64,000 nucleotides of DNA from Methanobacteriota archaeon (lineage in GTDB: Archaea; Thermoplasmatota; SW-10-69-26; JACQPN01), in assembly GCA_016207515.1 (NCBI GenBank), contig JACQPN010000022.1:129549-193548 (forward strand), written 5' to 3'. Within the stretch, counting starts at the first letter, position 1. Every line of letters begins with the position of its first letter. Of the stretch, positions 46,233-55,520 are shown in pieces. Under the pieces are notes generated by a model. It searched no databases and had not been told where the DNA came from. It saw only the letters and a list, made by a program, of their open reading frames with translations. The position numbers were made by a program, and so were the translations under genes.

Positions 46233-46243
46233 GTATTATAAGA
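46233..46243 (-). promoter_or_regulatory. TATA-like (TGTATTATAAG / minus strand CTTATAATACA) about 70 nt upstream of the giant pilin-like gene
   Basis: Strongest TATA-like sequence in the 133-nt spacer between the antiporter and pilin genes. Confidence 0.35.
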
Positions 46244-46298
46244 CCAGCCTGAAAACGGTTGCCATTTATCCAGGTTTGACGATGGAAAAGCAAAGACT

Positions 46299-47588
46299 TT
46301 AGTCGGCAATCGTCGATTCATGCTGCGGCGCGTCCCCCGGCGAAGGTCGCGCGGGCGTCGGATCGGGACCGCGAGGGCCCTTTGGTTTGCTCCATTCAAG
46401 AAAGAACACCGAGCCGCTCGCGAACACGTTGGAAAGGAGGATCACCAAGAACGCGACCCCCTGAAACAGTTCCGGGGAAGGACTCGTGAGGCCCCGGGCA
46501 GCGGGATACGCCGCCATCGCCGCGGCCGCGAGGCCATTCGGGAGCATCACGGCAAGAAAGAGACGGTCCTGCCGGAGCCTCGGAACCATGGCGGCGACAC
46601 CGATGGCCGACACGTAGCGGGCAAGGGCCTTGACCAGGATCGCGGCCGTCGCAAGGATAACCACGGGCGCCGTGAAACCGCTGAGGTCGAGGATCAAACC
46701 CATGAACACGAAGAAGAAAGTCCGGACGAAGAACGTGATCTCTGCCTGCGACGCGTGCAGGTTCTCGCGGAAATCAGCTGCGGTCTTCACCTTCAACAAC
46801 GGCTCAAGCGCATGGGAGTTGCCCAGAATGACCCCGAAGACGAGCGCCGCGAAAGCGCCGCTGCTCTGCGCTCCCTCCGTCGCTACATAGAGGACGAGGA
46901 CCGCGGCAAGGGTCAGGAGATAGTTGTACTTCGGGGCGCGCAACCAATGCAACACGAGGATCCAAACCACCGCGGCGACCGTTGCAAAGAGCGCCGAGAT
47001 GGTAAAACTCCCGAAAAAGTCGCGGGCGAAGAAGCCGATGTCGAGCCCGCCGCCTTCGACGATGACCTGTATGATGGCGAGGGAAACGATGATCGTCAAC
47101 GCGTCGTTCAGCGAAGATTCGAGGGACAAGACGGTCCGCCCGGCGTCGCTCATCCGGAGTTGTCGCACGAGCGACATGATCACGGTCGAACTGTTGCCTC
47201 CGAGGATCGCGCCGAGGAGGAGCGCCGGCAGCGGCTCCCATCCGAGATAGAAGGCGGCTCCGGCGATCGCCCCCATCGTGAGCGCGAAAGCGAGGAGCGT
47301 GTAGGCAAGGGCCGGGGCCGCTTGCTTCAAGACGACGCGGTAATCGAGCGCCATGCCGCCCTCCACAAGGAGGATCACCAGCACCAGGGTCCCGAAGAAA
47401 GGGTTCAGGTCCCGCATGCTCGTAAGCACGTCCGCTCCCAACACATGGAAGACCGGTCCGATTAGGAGACCGACAAGGAGCAGGATCACGATGTCGGGGA
47501 TCTTGAAACGTTGGAAGCCTAGGGCCGCTGCGAATCCGATCGTGATGATCGCGGAGATGAGGATGAACGCGGTGGCGACGTCGACCAC
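46299..47588 (-). CDS. Na+/H+ (cation:proton) antiporter, CPA1/NhaP type
   Basis: 429 aa; 11-12 TM; CPA1-like motifs (LLVGLLIGP, SLNDALTIIVSLAI, ATEGAQSSGAFAALVFGVILGN). Confidence 0.8.
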   Translation of the reverse strand: MVDVATAFILISAIITIGFAAALGFQRFKIPDIVILLLVGLLIGPVFHVLGADVLTSMRDLNPFFGTLVLVILLVEGGMALDYRVVLKQAAPALAYTLLAFALTMGAIAGAAFYLGWEPLPALLLGAILGGNSSTVIMSLVRQLRMSDAGRTVLSLESSLNDALTIIVSLAIIQVIVEGGGLDIGFFARDFFGSFTISALFATVAAVVWILVLHWLRAPKYNYLLTLAAVLVLYVATEGAQSSGAFAALVFGVILGNSHALEPLLKVKTAADFRENLHASQAEITFFVRTFFFVFMGLILDLSGFTAPVVILATAAILVKALARYVSAIGVAAMVPRLRQDRLFLAVMLPNGLAAAAMAAYPAARGLTSPSPELFQGVAFLVILLSNVFASGSVFFLEWSKPKGPRGPDPTPARPSPGDAPQHESTIAD

Positions 47589-47812
47589 GCGGCCGCAATA
47601 GTATGAGCCGGGTTAATGATTGCGGATTCGAGGGGTGACGGCGCCCCGGATCAAAGCGCGAACGCGCCAAATCGCAAGCATTCATGTGGCCGGTCGACGG
47701 AAAGTAGAAAGGGGGAGGCGCGCATCTCACCGATAGTCCTAGCAACGAGGAGGTTTGTCTCCTGGCCTTGGCGGCGCAGGGTAGATTCGTGTGAGGACCA
47801 AGAGGGACCGCC

Positions 47813-49042
47813 ATGGACTTCTACCAGCACGGACTCACGACACTCCATCGCTTCGAGGGAGAGACGGACGATTCGGCCACACGGACGCTTGTCGCAAGGC
47901 ATTCGCAATCGCGGCCCGTGGCCCTAGTCCTACCCATGGTCTATTCAGAATTGGACCGGCCGGCGCTTCTCGGCATTCGCCAAGGGCTTCAAGGCGCCGA
48001 CTACCTCAATGAGGTGGTAGTCGCCCTAACGGCTTCGAGTGAAGGCGAGGCGAGCCGTGTTCGCGACTTTTTCGACGGCCTCCCGATGCCCACCCACGTC
48101 GCATGGTGCGAAGGGCCGGAGACCGCCGCGGTCTGCAAACGCCTCACGGCGGCCGGCTTCGACCTCGGGGGTTTCCAAGGGAAAGGACTCGCGGTATGGT
48201 TGGGTTTGGGGATCGCCGCGGAATCGAACTACGCCATCGTCGTCCACGATGCGGACATCGAGCACTATGAGCCGCGTATCATCGAGCGGCTCGCCCTTCC
48301 GCTCATAACCCCGAACCTTGATTTCTATTTCTCCAAAGGCTACTATGCCCGCGTCGACCAGGGTCGCATGTACGGGCGGGTGACCCGCCTCTTACTGTGG
48401 CCCATCATGGATGCCCTGACGGCGGTCCTTGGAGAACCCTCCCCGTTCCTCACATATCTACGGCAATTCCGCTACCCGCTGTCGGGCGAGATGGCGCTCA
48501 CCGCAGACCTCGCGCGTAACGTCCGCATGCCGACCGATTGGGGCCTCGAACTCGGCCTCCTCGGTGAAGTCTATCGGAACACCGCGCCCAAGCGGAAATG
48601 TCAGGTCGATCTTGGCTACTACAGCCACAAGCACCGCGAACTAGGCGCCGACGCCGGGGAAGGACTTCAACGCATGGCCCTCGACCTTGCCACCGCCCTC
48701 TTCAGGCTTCTCGCTTCGTTCGAGGGTCTGCGGGTCACGCCGGACTTCCTCGTCACGTTACGAGCCGCGTACAGGCGCGAAGCGCAAGACGCGATTCGAA
48801 GGTACAACGCGGATTGTGTGGTGAACGGCATGGACTACGACCGCCACAACGAGGAATCGATGGTCGAGACGTTCGAACCGTTGATCGAGATGGCCGGGGC
48901 CCAGTTCAGCCGCAAACCGACGAGCGACCAGATCGGCGAGTGGTTGCGGGCACTCAGTGCCGCGCCGGACGCCGCAAGCAGCCTCCGGGCCGCCGCAGCG
49001 TTGAACGCGGGGTCGCTCCACGCCCCCTCGACGATGAAATGA
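47813..49042 (+). CDS. GT-A fold glycosyltransferase, tentatively mannosyl-/glucosyl-3-phosphoglycerate synthase-like
   Basis: 409 aa; DAD (DxD-like) motif in IVVHDADIEHY; Rossmann-like N-half; the call is tentative. Confidence 0.45.
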   Translation: MDFYQHGLTTLHRFEGETDDSATRTLVARHSQSRPVALVLPMVYSELDRPALLGIRQGLQGADYLNEVVVALTASSEGEASRVRDFFDGLPMPTHVAWCEGPETAAVCKRLTAAGFDLGGFQGKGLAVWLGLGIAAESNYAIVVHDADIEHYEPRIIERLALPLITPNLDFYFSKGYYARVDQGRMYGRVTRLLLWPIMDALTAVLGEPSPFLTYLRQFRYPLSGEMALTADLARNVRMPTDWGLELGLLGEVYRNTAPKRKCQVDLGYYSHKHRELGADAGEGLQRMALDLATALFRLLASFEGLRVTPDFLVTLRAAYRREAQDAIRRYNADCVVNGMDYDRHNEESMVETFEPLIEMAGAQFSRKPTSDQIGEWLRALSAAPDAASSLRAAAALNAGSLHAPSTMK

Positions 49043-49099
49043 CGTCTTGGATCGCGACGGGTCGGTCTCCCTCTTTGCGCCGTGCGGGCGGCCGCGCGG

Positions 49100-49825
49100 T
49101 CACCTGATGCGTCCGGCCGCGAACGATCCCGTGAGGTCGAACCCTTGATTGCTGAAAGTGTACTCCACCCAGCCACGGTTCTCGGTAAGGCCCACGCCCT
49201 CGGCCTTGAGGACGAATTTCCCTTGCTCCGACTTGAACTCGATGACGCCTTCGACGAGGTGCTTCACAAGCTGCACCTCGTTTTCCGCGTGGATACCGGC
49301 TCCCAAGACGAGGAGGCTCGTGGCCCCCGCGCGCTTCGTCTTTCCAAGGAAGACCTGGAGGAAACGGAACGTCGTCTGCGGGTTCGTGTACGCCATGATC
49401 GTCGACACCGAATCGACCACTAGGCGGTGCGCCGGGTGTTCCCCGATGATCTTCCGTTGCGCGTTGTTCACCGCGAGGCTCACCGCGTTAAGGTTCACGG
49501 GGCTGTCGACGAATTCGGCGTTCTGTAGAGCGTCCTCCGCGCCGATGGTCTTGCTGTATGTGTCGACGAAGTGCACGAGGTTGTCCTTCTCGTACTTCGC
49601 GAAGTCCTTGTCGAGCGCCAGGAACTCCTTTCGAGCGTCCGACGCGGCGGAATCGGTGAGGACGATTATTCCGGGCACGCCCTGCTTCATGCCGGCGAGG
49701 AGAAAGACCCGGGCGACCATCTCCTTGCCGATGAAAGGCGCCCCGTAGATGAGGGTGGAGGATCCTCGTGGGAGCCCGCCGTCGAGAAGTTCATCGAGCC
49801 GCTTCACGCCGGTCGCGAGCTTCAC
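49100..49825 (-). CDS. single-domain KaiC-like/RecA-superfamily protein with a non-canonical Walker A (GAPFIGKE: Glu in place of Ser/Thr); GTG start overlapping the upstream stop (GTGA)
   Basis: KaiC-like order: LDELLDGGLPRGSSTLIYGAPFIGKE, Walker B HRLVVDSVSTI, C-terminal GVIEFK...ENRGW. Only the C-terminal 241 aa of the listed 465-aa ORF are used. Confidence 0.65.
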   Translation of the reverse strand: MKLATGVKRLDELLDGGLPRGSSTLIYGAPFIGKEMVARVFLLAGMKQGVPGIIVLTDSAASDARKEFLALDKDFAKYEKDNLVHFVDTYSKTIGAEDALQNAEFVDSPVNLNAVSLAVNNAQRKIIGEHPAHRLVVDSVSTIMAYTNPQTTFRFLQVFLGKTKRAGATSLLVLGAGIHAENEVQLVKHLVEGVIEFKSEQGKFVLKAEGVGLTENRGWVEYTFSNQGFDLTGSFAAGRIR

Positions 49826-50919
49826 GCCGTCACACCTCCCTCGAGGATCTGCTCTAGGAGCTCCTTCAGCACGTTCCTCGTGGATTGCCTCTCGGTCCCG
49901 ACGAACCCGACGCACTTCACGTACTCGGGGGCGCCGACCAGGACCGCGACGCGGTCGGGGGTCAATGCCTCCGGCATGTCCTGCTTGGACGCCGCGATTA
50001 TCGCGGGAAGCCCTTGCTTCCAAGTGAGTTGCATCATCTCGCGGGCACGAGGGAAGGAATCGGGGTCGGTCGAGTCGACGACGACGATGACGCCGAGCGC
50101 CTGCCCGGCGATTGTGCGAAGGATCGGGTCGAACCTTTCCTGCCCGGGGGTCCCGAAGATGTCGGCCGAAAGGCCGTCGATGAGGACGTGCCCGTGGTCC
50201 ATCGCGACGGTCGTTCCCACCCGGTTTACGCTCACGGCGCTGTCGGACACCGTGTGGATGAACGTGGATTTTCCGGCATGGAACGGCCCCGTCACGACGA
50301 TCTTCGGGATGTAGACGACCACACCGCCGGGACGAAGGACCTTGTAAAGGCGGGGCCGTGTCTCGATGCCAGTTTTCCAGCGGGCGCGCTCCAGCGCGAA
50401 GTATTGGCCGAAGCTCACCCGGGCCTCGACGTTCTTGAGCGTCACCACGGCATCGAAACCGTCGAGGACGGCGAGTAGGTCGGCGTCGTAAGGCCACTTC
50501 GTGAACCCGGCGGCGCCGAGCGGGAAGCGTCTCATCGCCGCGAGGATCCGTGGGAACGCGACGCGCAGTTTCTCGGGGCTAGCGGTGTCTGCGAGCGTCG
50601 AGAGTGATTCGATGATCAGGAGTGCCTCCGGGTTCTCCACGGCCGCGCGCTCAAGGAGGTCGGCGAAGGACTCCGGGTTCGTGGGGTCCTCAAGCATGTA
50701 CTTCGCCTCCGAGACCGCGCCCATGAGCCCAGAGAAGGCGTCGACGAACGAGAGCCTCTCCCCTTCGAGCGAGATGTCGAACCCGTGGTCGTCCATCGAT
50801 TTGACGACCCCCGACGGCGACCGGGCCGTGACGACGTAGACGACCCTGCGCCCATCGCCCATCCAGGAGGCGGCCGCCTGATAGAGGAACGCCTCGGCTT
50901 CGACGCCGGGGTCGTTCAC
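49822..50919 (-). CDS. fusion protein: P-loop-less KaiC-like N-terminal domain plus a C-terminal MglA/COG2229-like small Ras-type GTPase
   Basis: N-terminal domain VVYVVTARSPSGVVKSMDDHGFD...LLIIESLSTL...ERARWKTG (KaiC-like, no GxxxxGK[ST]). C-terminal domain G1 GPFHAGKST, G3 FGTPGQERF (PGQ as in MglA), G4 SKQD. Confidence 0.7.
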   Translation of the reverse strand: MNDPGVEAEAFLYQAAASWMGDGRRVVYVVTARSPSGVVKSMDDHGFDISLEGERLSFVDAFSGLMGAVSEAKYMLEDPTNPESFADLLERAAVENPEALLIIESLSTLADTASPEKLRVAFPRILAAMRRFPLGAAGFTKWPYDADLLAVLDGFDAVVTLKNVEARVSFGQYFALERARWKTGIETRPRLYKVLRPGGVVVYIPKIVVTGPFHAGKSTFIHTVSDSAVSVNRVGTTVAMDHGHVLIDGLSADIFGTPGQERFDPILRTIAGQALGVIVVVDSTDPDSFPRAREMMQLTWKQGLPAIIAASKQDMPEALTPDRVAVLVGAPEYVKCVGFVGTERQSTRNVLKELLEQILEGGVTA

Positions 50920-51006
50920 GAACGCAAGGGTCGAGGCAAGAGGGATTGGTCCAAGGAGTTTGTCGAGCTGCTGGATACCCAGCGCGTGGCCCTCGGTCGC
51001 GGCGCC

Positions 51007-51381
51007 TCACCCACCCGCTACGATCTTCGCGACCGCGTTTGAGCAATCCTCGACCGCGGTGACGACGTTTTGCAGGGGCAGGCTCGTCTCGGAGATGGCT
51101 ACGATGAGCAGTTCCTCGTTGACCGCCGCCGCGACGACGCGCGTGTTCCCCTCTTCGCTTATGGTCCGAAGCGCCGCCTTCTGCCCGAGTTCGAGCATCG
51201 CCGTCTCGGCGGAACCGACGAGGACGGCCGTCATTGCGCTGAAGGTCTCGGGGCGCGAAAGGCGGGGACACTTGTTGATGAGGCAGAACCCGTCGCGGCT
51301 GACAAGCAGTGCGCCGACCATCCCCTTACCTCCGGCGAGTTTCTCCAACGTATCCTGCATGCGGCGTTGTTTGTCGCTCAA
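51007..51381 (-). CDS. Roadblock/LC7 (MglB-like) domain protein
   Basis: 124 aa; MVGALLVSRDGFCL...ETFSAMTAVLVGSAETAMLELG is typical Roadblock/LC7 alpha-beta-alpha. Confidence 0.75.
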   Translation of the reverse strand: MSDKQRRMQDTLEKLAGGKGMVGALLVSRDGFCLINKCPRLSRPETFSAMTAVLVGSAETAMLELGQKAALRTISEEGNTRVVAAAVNEELLIVAISETSLPLQNVVTAVEDCSNAVAKIVAGG

Positions 51382-51544
51382 TCGCGCGGACCTCCGTCTT
51401 AGGCGCGCAAATCGTGCTAGGGTGCTCCCCGGTATTTAACCGTCTTGAAGCGGACCCGCAAGGTTTCAAGCCCTGAAGCCCCCGAAGTGTGGCAAATCCC
51501 GTGAGCGACGCCTGGATGAAAAAGCACTAATCGTTGGTGGGTCG

Positions 51545-52825
51545 ATGGCGAGAGGGGAAGCGAGCCTGAAGGAGACCCAGAAAACCGCTCGGGCACGGGA
51601 AACACCCGCCAGCCGCGAGGCAATCTTCGACCACGCGGCCGTGGGGCTCTACCGCCTCGACCCGTCGGGCCGGATACTTGTCGCGAACCCCGCACTCCTC
51701 CAGATGCTCGGTTACGAGTCGCTGGAGACGCTCGCAAGCGAAGACCCCGGCGCCGGTCCCCACCACCCCGAGACCGCGCTGAAGCAATTCTTGGGAAACA
51801 TTGCATCTCATGGCGCACGGGGAATCGAGACCAGGTGGCGGCGTCGCGACGGGACCACGCTCACGGCGCGTGAGACCATCGTGCCAGTGCGCGATGCCGT
51901 TGGTTCAGTCGTCTTCTACGACGCGACCGTCGAGGATGTGACCGCCCTGATGCAAAAGGACGACGAGTACCGCAAGACCAGCGAAAGGCTTGCCGAGCTC
52001 GTGAAACTCCAGACGGAGCTCCTCAACAACATCGTCGAGGAGAACACCAAGAGAAAGCAGGTCGAAGAGGAACTTCGCTCGGCGAACGAACGTCTCAAGG
52101 ACCTCGCGAAGATGAAGACGCAGCTCTTGAACAGCGTCTCCCATGAACTCTCGACACCCCTCACACCCATCATGCTCCAGCTTTACCTCATCCGCACGGG
52201 CCGCGTCGGGTCGCTCTCGGACGAGCAGAAGCACGCCGTAGACCTCCTTGACCGGAACCTGGCACGCCTGAGCATGCTGGTGAAGGACGTCCTCGACGTG
52301 TCGAGGATCGAGGCCGGCAAGTTGAGGCTCGATCGACAAGAGACCGACATCGCGGCCATCGTGGAGGAGGCGGTTGATTCCTTCAAGGCCCCGGCAAAGA
52401 CGGGAAACGTCACGCTCGAGATCCGGGGCAACGCGCCCACCGGCATCAAGGCCGACAAGCGGCGGATAGGCCAGGTGATGTACAATCTCCTGAGCAACGC
52501 CCTCAAGTTCTCGAACGCCGGTGGAAGAGTCACGATCGAAATGGGCGATCAGGCCGGCGCAGCCCTCGTGCGGGTCTCCGACGAGGGGCTCGGCATCAGG
52601 CCCGAGGACATCCCGAAACTCTTCCAGGCTTTCAGCCAGGTCCACGACACGATGCAAAAAACGCACGCGGGGACGGGCCTCGGCCTCTACATCTGCCGGG
52701 GCATCATCGAACAACACGGCGGGCGCATCTGGTGCGAAAGCGAAGGCTTGCGCCGAGGCACGACATTCGCGTTCACGATACCTAAGGGCGACGTTGCTGA
52801 AGGGGTGTTCGAGTTTGTGGCCTGA
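51545..52825 (+). CDS. cytoplasmic PAS-domain sensor histidine kinase
   Basis: Two PAS-like segments; coiled coil; H-box LNSVSHELSTPLTPIMLQL; G boxes GTGLGLYICRGIIEQHGGRIWCES. Confidence 0.8.
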   Translation: MARGEASLKETQKTARARETPASREAIFDHAAVGLYRLDPSGRILVANPALLQMLGYESLETLASEDPGAGPHHPETALKQFLGNIASHGARGIETRWRRRDGTTLTARETIVPVRDAVGSVVFYDATVEDVTALMQKDDEYRKTSERLAELVKLQTELLNNIVEENTKRKQVEEELRSANERLKDLAKMKTQLLNSVSHELSTPLTPIMLQLYLIRTGRVGSLSDEQKHAVDLLDRNLARLSMLVKDVLDVSRIEAGKLRLDRQETDIAAIVEEAVDSFKAPAKTGNVTLEIRGNAPTGIKADKRRIGQVMYNLLSNALKFSNAGGRVTIEMGDQAGAALVRVSDEGLGIRPEDIPKLFQAFSQVHDTMQKTHAGTGLGLYICRGIIEQHGGRIWCESEGLRRGTTFAFTIPKGDVAEGVFEFVA

Positions 52826-52888
52826 AGCAGCGTCGCGATGGTCCATGGAGAAGGCGCTGGCGCGCAAGGGTGTGGGTTCGTTAGCGTC

Positions 52889-52899
52889 CCGTATAAATA
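52889..52899 (+). promoter_or_regulatory. strong TATA box CGTATAAATAG about 21-30 nt upstream of the second HK start (leaderless-type; the true start may be ATG 52924)
   Basis: Seen directly. Confidence 0.45.
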
Positions 52900-52914
52900 G
52901 TCCCTGGCGCAGGA

Positions 52915-54735
52915 TTGTACCCTATGGCCGATAGCGGCGCGGCCGCCACGGCGGAGATTCTCGCGGCCGAGCGCAACATCGCTCTTATAAGGGCCTCGGT
53001 GGTGCTCGTCAACTCCATCATCTATGTGACGCTTCTCGACCGCGACGTCGGGTGGCCCCAAGTGGCGCTGGGTGTGATCGCCGTCGTGAACGTCTACTCG
53101 ATCGGGGTGGTCGTTTTCGAGCCGTACAGACGCTTCGATCTCCTGCTCACAAGTTGGTTCATCACCATCCTAGACGCGGGGTTCATCACCCTCTGGATCC
53201 TCGCGACCGGCGGCATGGATTCGCCCTTCTATGTGCTGTGGTACGTCTCCCTTGCCGCGATTTCGTACCGTTTTTCCTACCAGGCGACGGTGACGGCGGG
53301 AGTCGCCTACTCTGGGATCTACATCACGATGGCGGCCGCCCTCGGGCAGTTCACCGGCAGGATCCCCGAGATCTCCGTGCGCGTCGCGTACATCCTCTTC
53401 GCCGCAGCCCTCGGGGCGCTTCTTGCCCGGGAATCCCTAGCGCAGGCGGCGGCCCGTCAGAGGCTCGAGGAGAAGACCGTCGCCTTGGAGCGGGACGTCA
53501 TCGAGCGGAGCACACGCCTGAGGACCGTCGAGGAAGCGGAGGCCAAGTTCAGGGGCATCTCGGAGACGGCAAATGACGCGATCATCTCCGCGGACGGGGC
53601 CGGACGCGTCATCCACTTCAATCAAGGTGCACAACGGATATTCGGGTACAAGGCCGAGGCCGTCATCGGTCAACCCCTCACCGTCCTCATGCCGGAGAAG
53701 TACCACGAGGCCTTCACGGCAGGCTTCACGCGCTACCTTGAGACCGGCGAGGCGCGCGTCATAGGGAAGACCATGGAACTCACGGCGCGCCAGAAGAATG
53801 GGAACGAGATCCCCGTCGAAATATCCACGGCGGTATGGAAATCCGGGGACGCGACGTTCTTCACGGCCATCATGCGCGACGTCACCGAGCGTAGACGTGC
53901 CGAGGCGGAGCGGATGGCGAACGTCGCGAAACTCAAGGAACTCGAACGCCTCAAGGAGGAGGACAGGTTCAAGACGCAGTTCATCAACATGGCCGCCCAC
54001 GAACTCAACACGCCCCTCACACCGATCAAGTTGCAAGTCCACCTGCTCAAGGCCGGAAAAGCGGGCTACCTCGACTCGGAGCAGACGAAGGCCGTGACCA
54101 TCCTCGAGCGAAACGTCGACCGCCTGGCACAGCTTGTGGCCGACGTCCTCCAGGTCGCGCGCATGCAGGCGGGACGCCTCGGCGTGGAGAAACAGGCCAT
54201 CGACCTCAACAGGCTCGTCCTCGAAGCGGTCGAATCGTTCCAAGCAGGCGCCAAGAACGGGGGCGTCGAGATCAGGGCGCAGTTGACGCCCGACCTCACC
54301 GTGGAAGCGGACGCGAAACGCGTCAACCAAGTCCTTTTCAACCTCCTCAGCAACGCCTTGAAGTTCACGCCGACGGGCGGTCGAGTGTCGGTGGAGACGA
54401 CGAGGGACCGCGCGGGCGCGGTGGTCACCGTGCGAGACACGGGCGCGGGCCTTCGCCCGGAGGACATGGAGAGGCTCTTCAAACCGTTCAGCCAGGTCCA
54501 AGACCCGATGCAACGGACGGACGCAGGGACCGGCCTCGGCCTCTACATAAGTCGAAGCCTCGTCGAACTCCACGGCGGGCGCATGTGGTGCGAAAGCACC
54601 GGGCCCGGGTTCGGTTCCGCCTTCAGCTTCAGCCTCCCCATCGGGCCCGAGGCGCAGAAACCGCAAAAGCCCCTCGAACCCGTCCCGGAGCAGCGGCGCG
54701 AAGGCCTCGCCAAGAGGGCGAAGGAGTTGATCTGA
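52915..54735 (+). CDS. membrane-anchored (about 6 TM) PAS sensor histidine kinase
   Basis: N-terminal TM bundle; PAS (IISADGAGRVIHFNQGAQRIFGY); H-box INMAAHELNTPLTPIKLQV; HATPase GTGLGLYISRSLVELHGGRMWCES. Confidence 0.8.
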   Translation: MYPMADSGAAATAEILAAERNIALIRASVVLVNSIIYVTLLDRDVGWPQVALGVIAVVNVYSIGVVVFEPYRRFDLLLTSWFITILDAGFITLWILATGGMDSPFYVLWYVSLAAISYRFSYQATVTAGVAYSGIYITMAAALGQFTGRIPEISVRVAYILFAAALGALLARESLAQAAARQRLEEKTVALERDVIERSTRLRTVEEAEAKFRGISETANDAIISADGAGRVIHFNQGAQRIFGYKAEAVIGQPLTVLMPEKYHEAFTAGFTRYLETGEARVIGKTMELTARQKNGNEIPVEISTAVWKSGDATFFTAIMRDVTERRRAEAERMANVAKLKELERLKEEDRFKTQFINMAAHELNTPLTPIKLQVHLLKAGKAGYLDSEQTKAVTILERNVDRLAQLVADVLQVARMQAGRLGVEKQAIDLNRLVLEAVESFQAGAKNGGVEIRAQLTPDLTVEADAKRVNQVLFNLLSNALKFTPTGGRVSVETTRDRAGAVVTVRDTGAGLRPEDMERLFKPFSQVQDPMQRTDAGTGLGLYISRSLVELHGGRMWCESTGPGFGSAFSFSLPIGPEAQKPQKPLEPVPEQRREGLAKRAKELI

Positions 54736-55520
54736 TGTCGGAAACGACGCTCATCGCGAGCGCCGCCTTCGCCGCCGTCGCCGGCCTCGTGTATGCCTAC
54801 GTTGGATGGCGCCTTTCTCGCCGCCGCGTCGAAGGCGAGGCGGGCCTCGCAGCCGGCCTCTTCTCCCTCTGGTGGTACGCGCTTGGCGCTAGCAGTGTCA
54901 TAACCGCGGGGACCACCGCCCACGCCGCCTTGGGCGGTAACGAGGTGGCACTTATCCTCGCCGCGACGTACCTCAACCTGCTAGTCGTCTGCATCGCGCT
55001 TTGGGCGCTTCTCTATTACATCGTCTACATCTTCACGGGACGATCCAGCGCATTATGGGCGCTCACGGCCTTCTATCTGGCATACTTCATGCTCCTTGTC
55101 TACTACGTGACGGCAAGCGGCCCCGCGGGGGTGCAGGTGGAAAGCTGGCGGGCCACGTTGCGCTACGAAACGCCGATCGACGGGCCATTGGTCACGATCC
55201 TCGTGGTCCTGCTCACCTTCCCCCAGATTCTGGCGTCAGCCGCGTACGGCACGCTGTTCTTCCGCGTCACGGAAGCGACCCAGAAGTACCGGGTGCTCCT
55301 GGTCTCGACGAGCATCATCGTCTGGTTCCTCAGCGCCTTCCTAGGCGCGGCATCGGGTCTTGCGGCCCAGGATTGGTGGCAGCTGCTCTCACGTTCCATC
55401 GGCCTTCTCGCAACACTCACCATACTCGCCGCATACCTGCCGCCGGCGTGGGTGAGAAGGCGCTTCGGGGTCCGCTCGATCGCCGATGAAGAGGCACAGA
55501 ATGCGGCGAGCACGCCGTGA
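54735..55520 (+). CDS. 7-TM integral membrane protein, hypothetical; ATG overlaps the HK stop (TGATG) with an AAGGAG SD 9 nt upstream
   Basis: 261 aa; seven hydrophobic helices; translationally coupled to the kinase. Confidence 0.5.
   Translation: MSETTLIASAAFAAVAGLVYAYVGWRLSRRRVEGEAGLAAGLFSLWWYALGASSVITAGTTAHAALGGNEVALILAATYLNLLVVCIALWALLYYIVYIFTGRSSALWALTAFYLAYFMLLVYYVTASGPAGVQVESWRATLRYETPIDGPLVTILVVLLTFPQILASAAYGTLFFRVTEATQKYRVLLVSTSIIVWFLSAFLGAASGLAAQDWWQLLSRSIGLLATLTILAAYLPPAWVRRRFGVRSIADEEAQNAASTP

Noticed and set aside
49826-50497. N-terminal 224 aa of the listed 465-aa ORF 49100..50497
   Set aside because: It is out-of-frame overlap with the GTPase-fusion gene and is R/P-rich junk. 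The KaiC-like domain begins at the GTG at 49825, which forms GTGA with the upstream stop.
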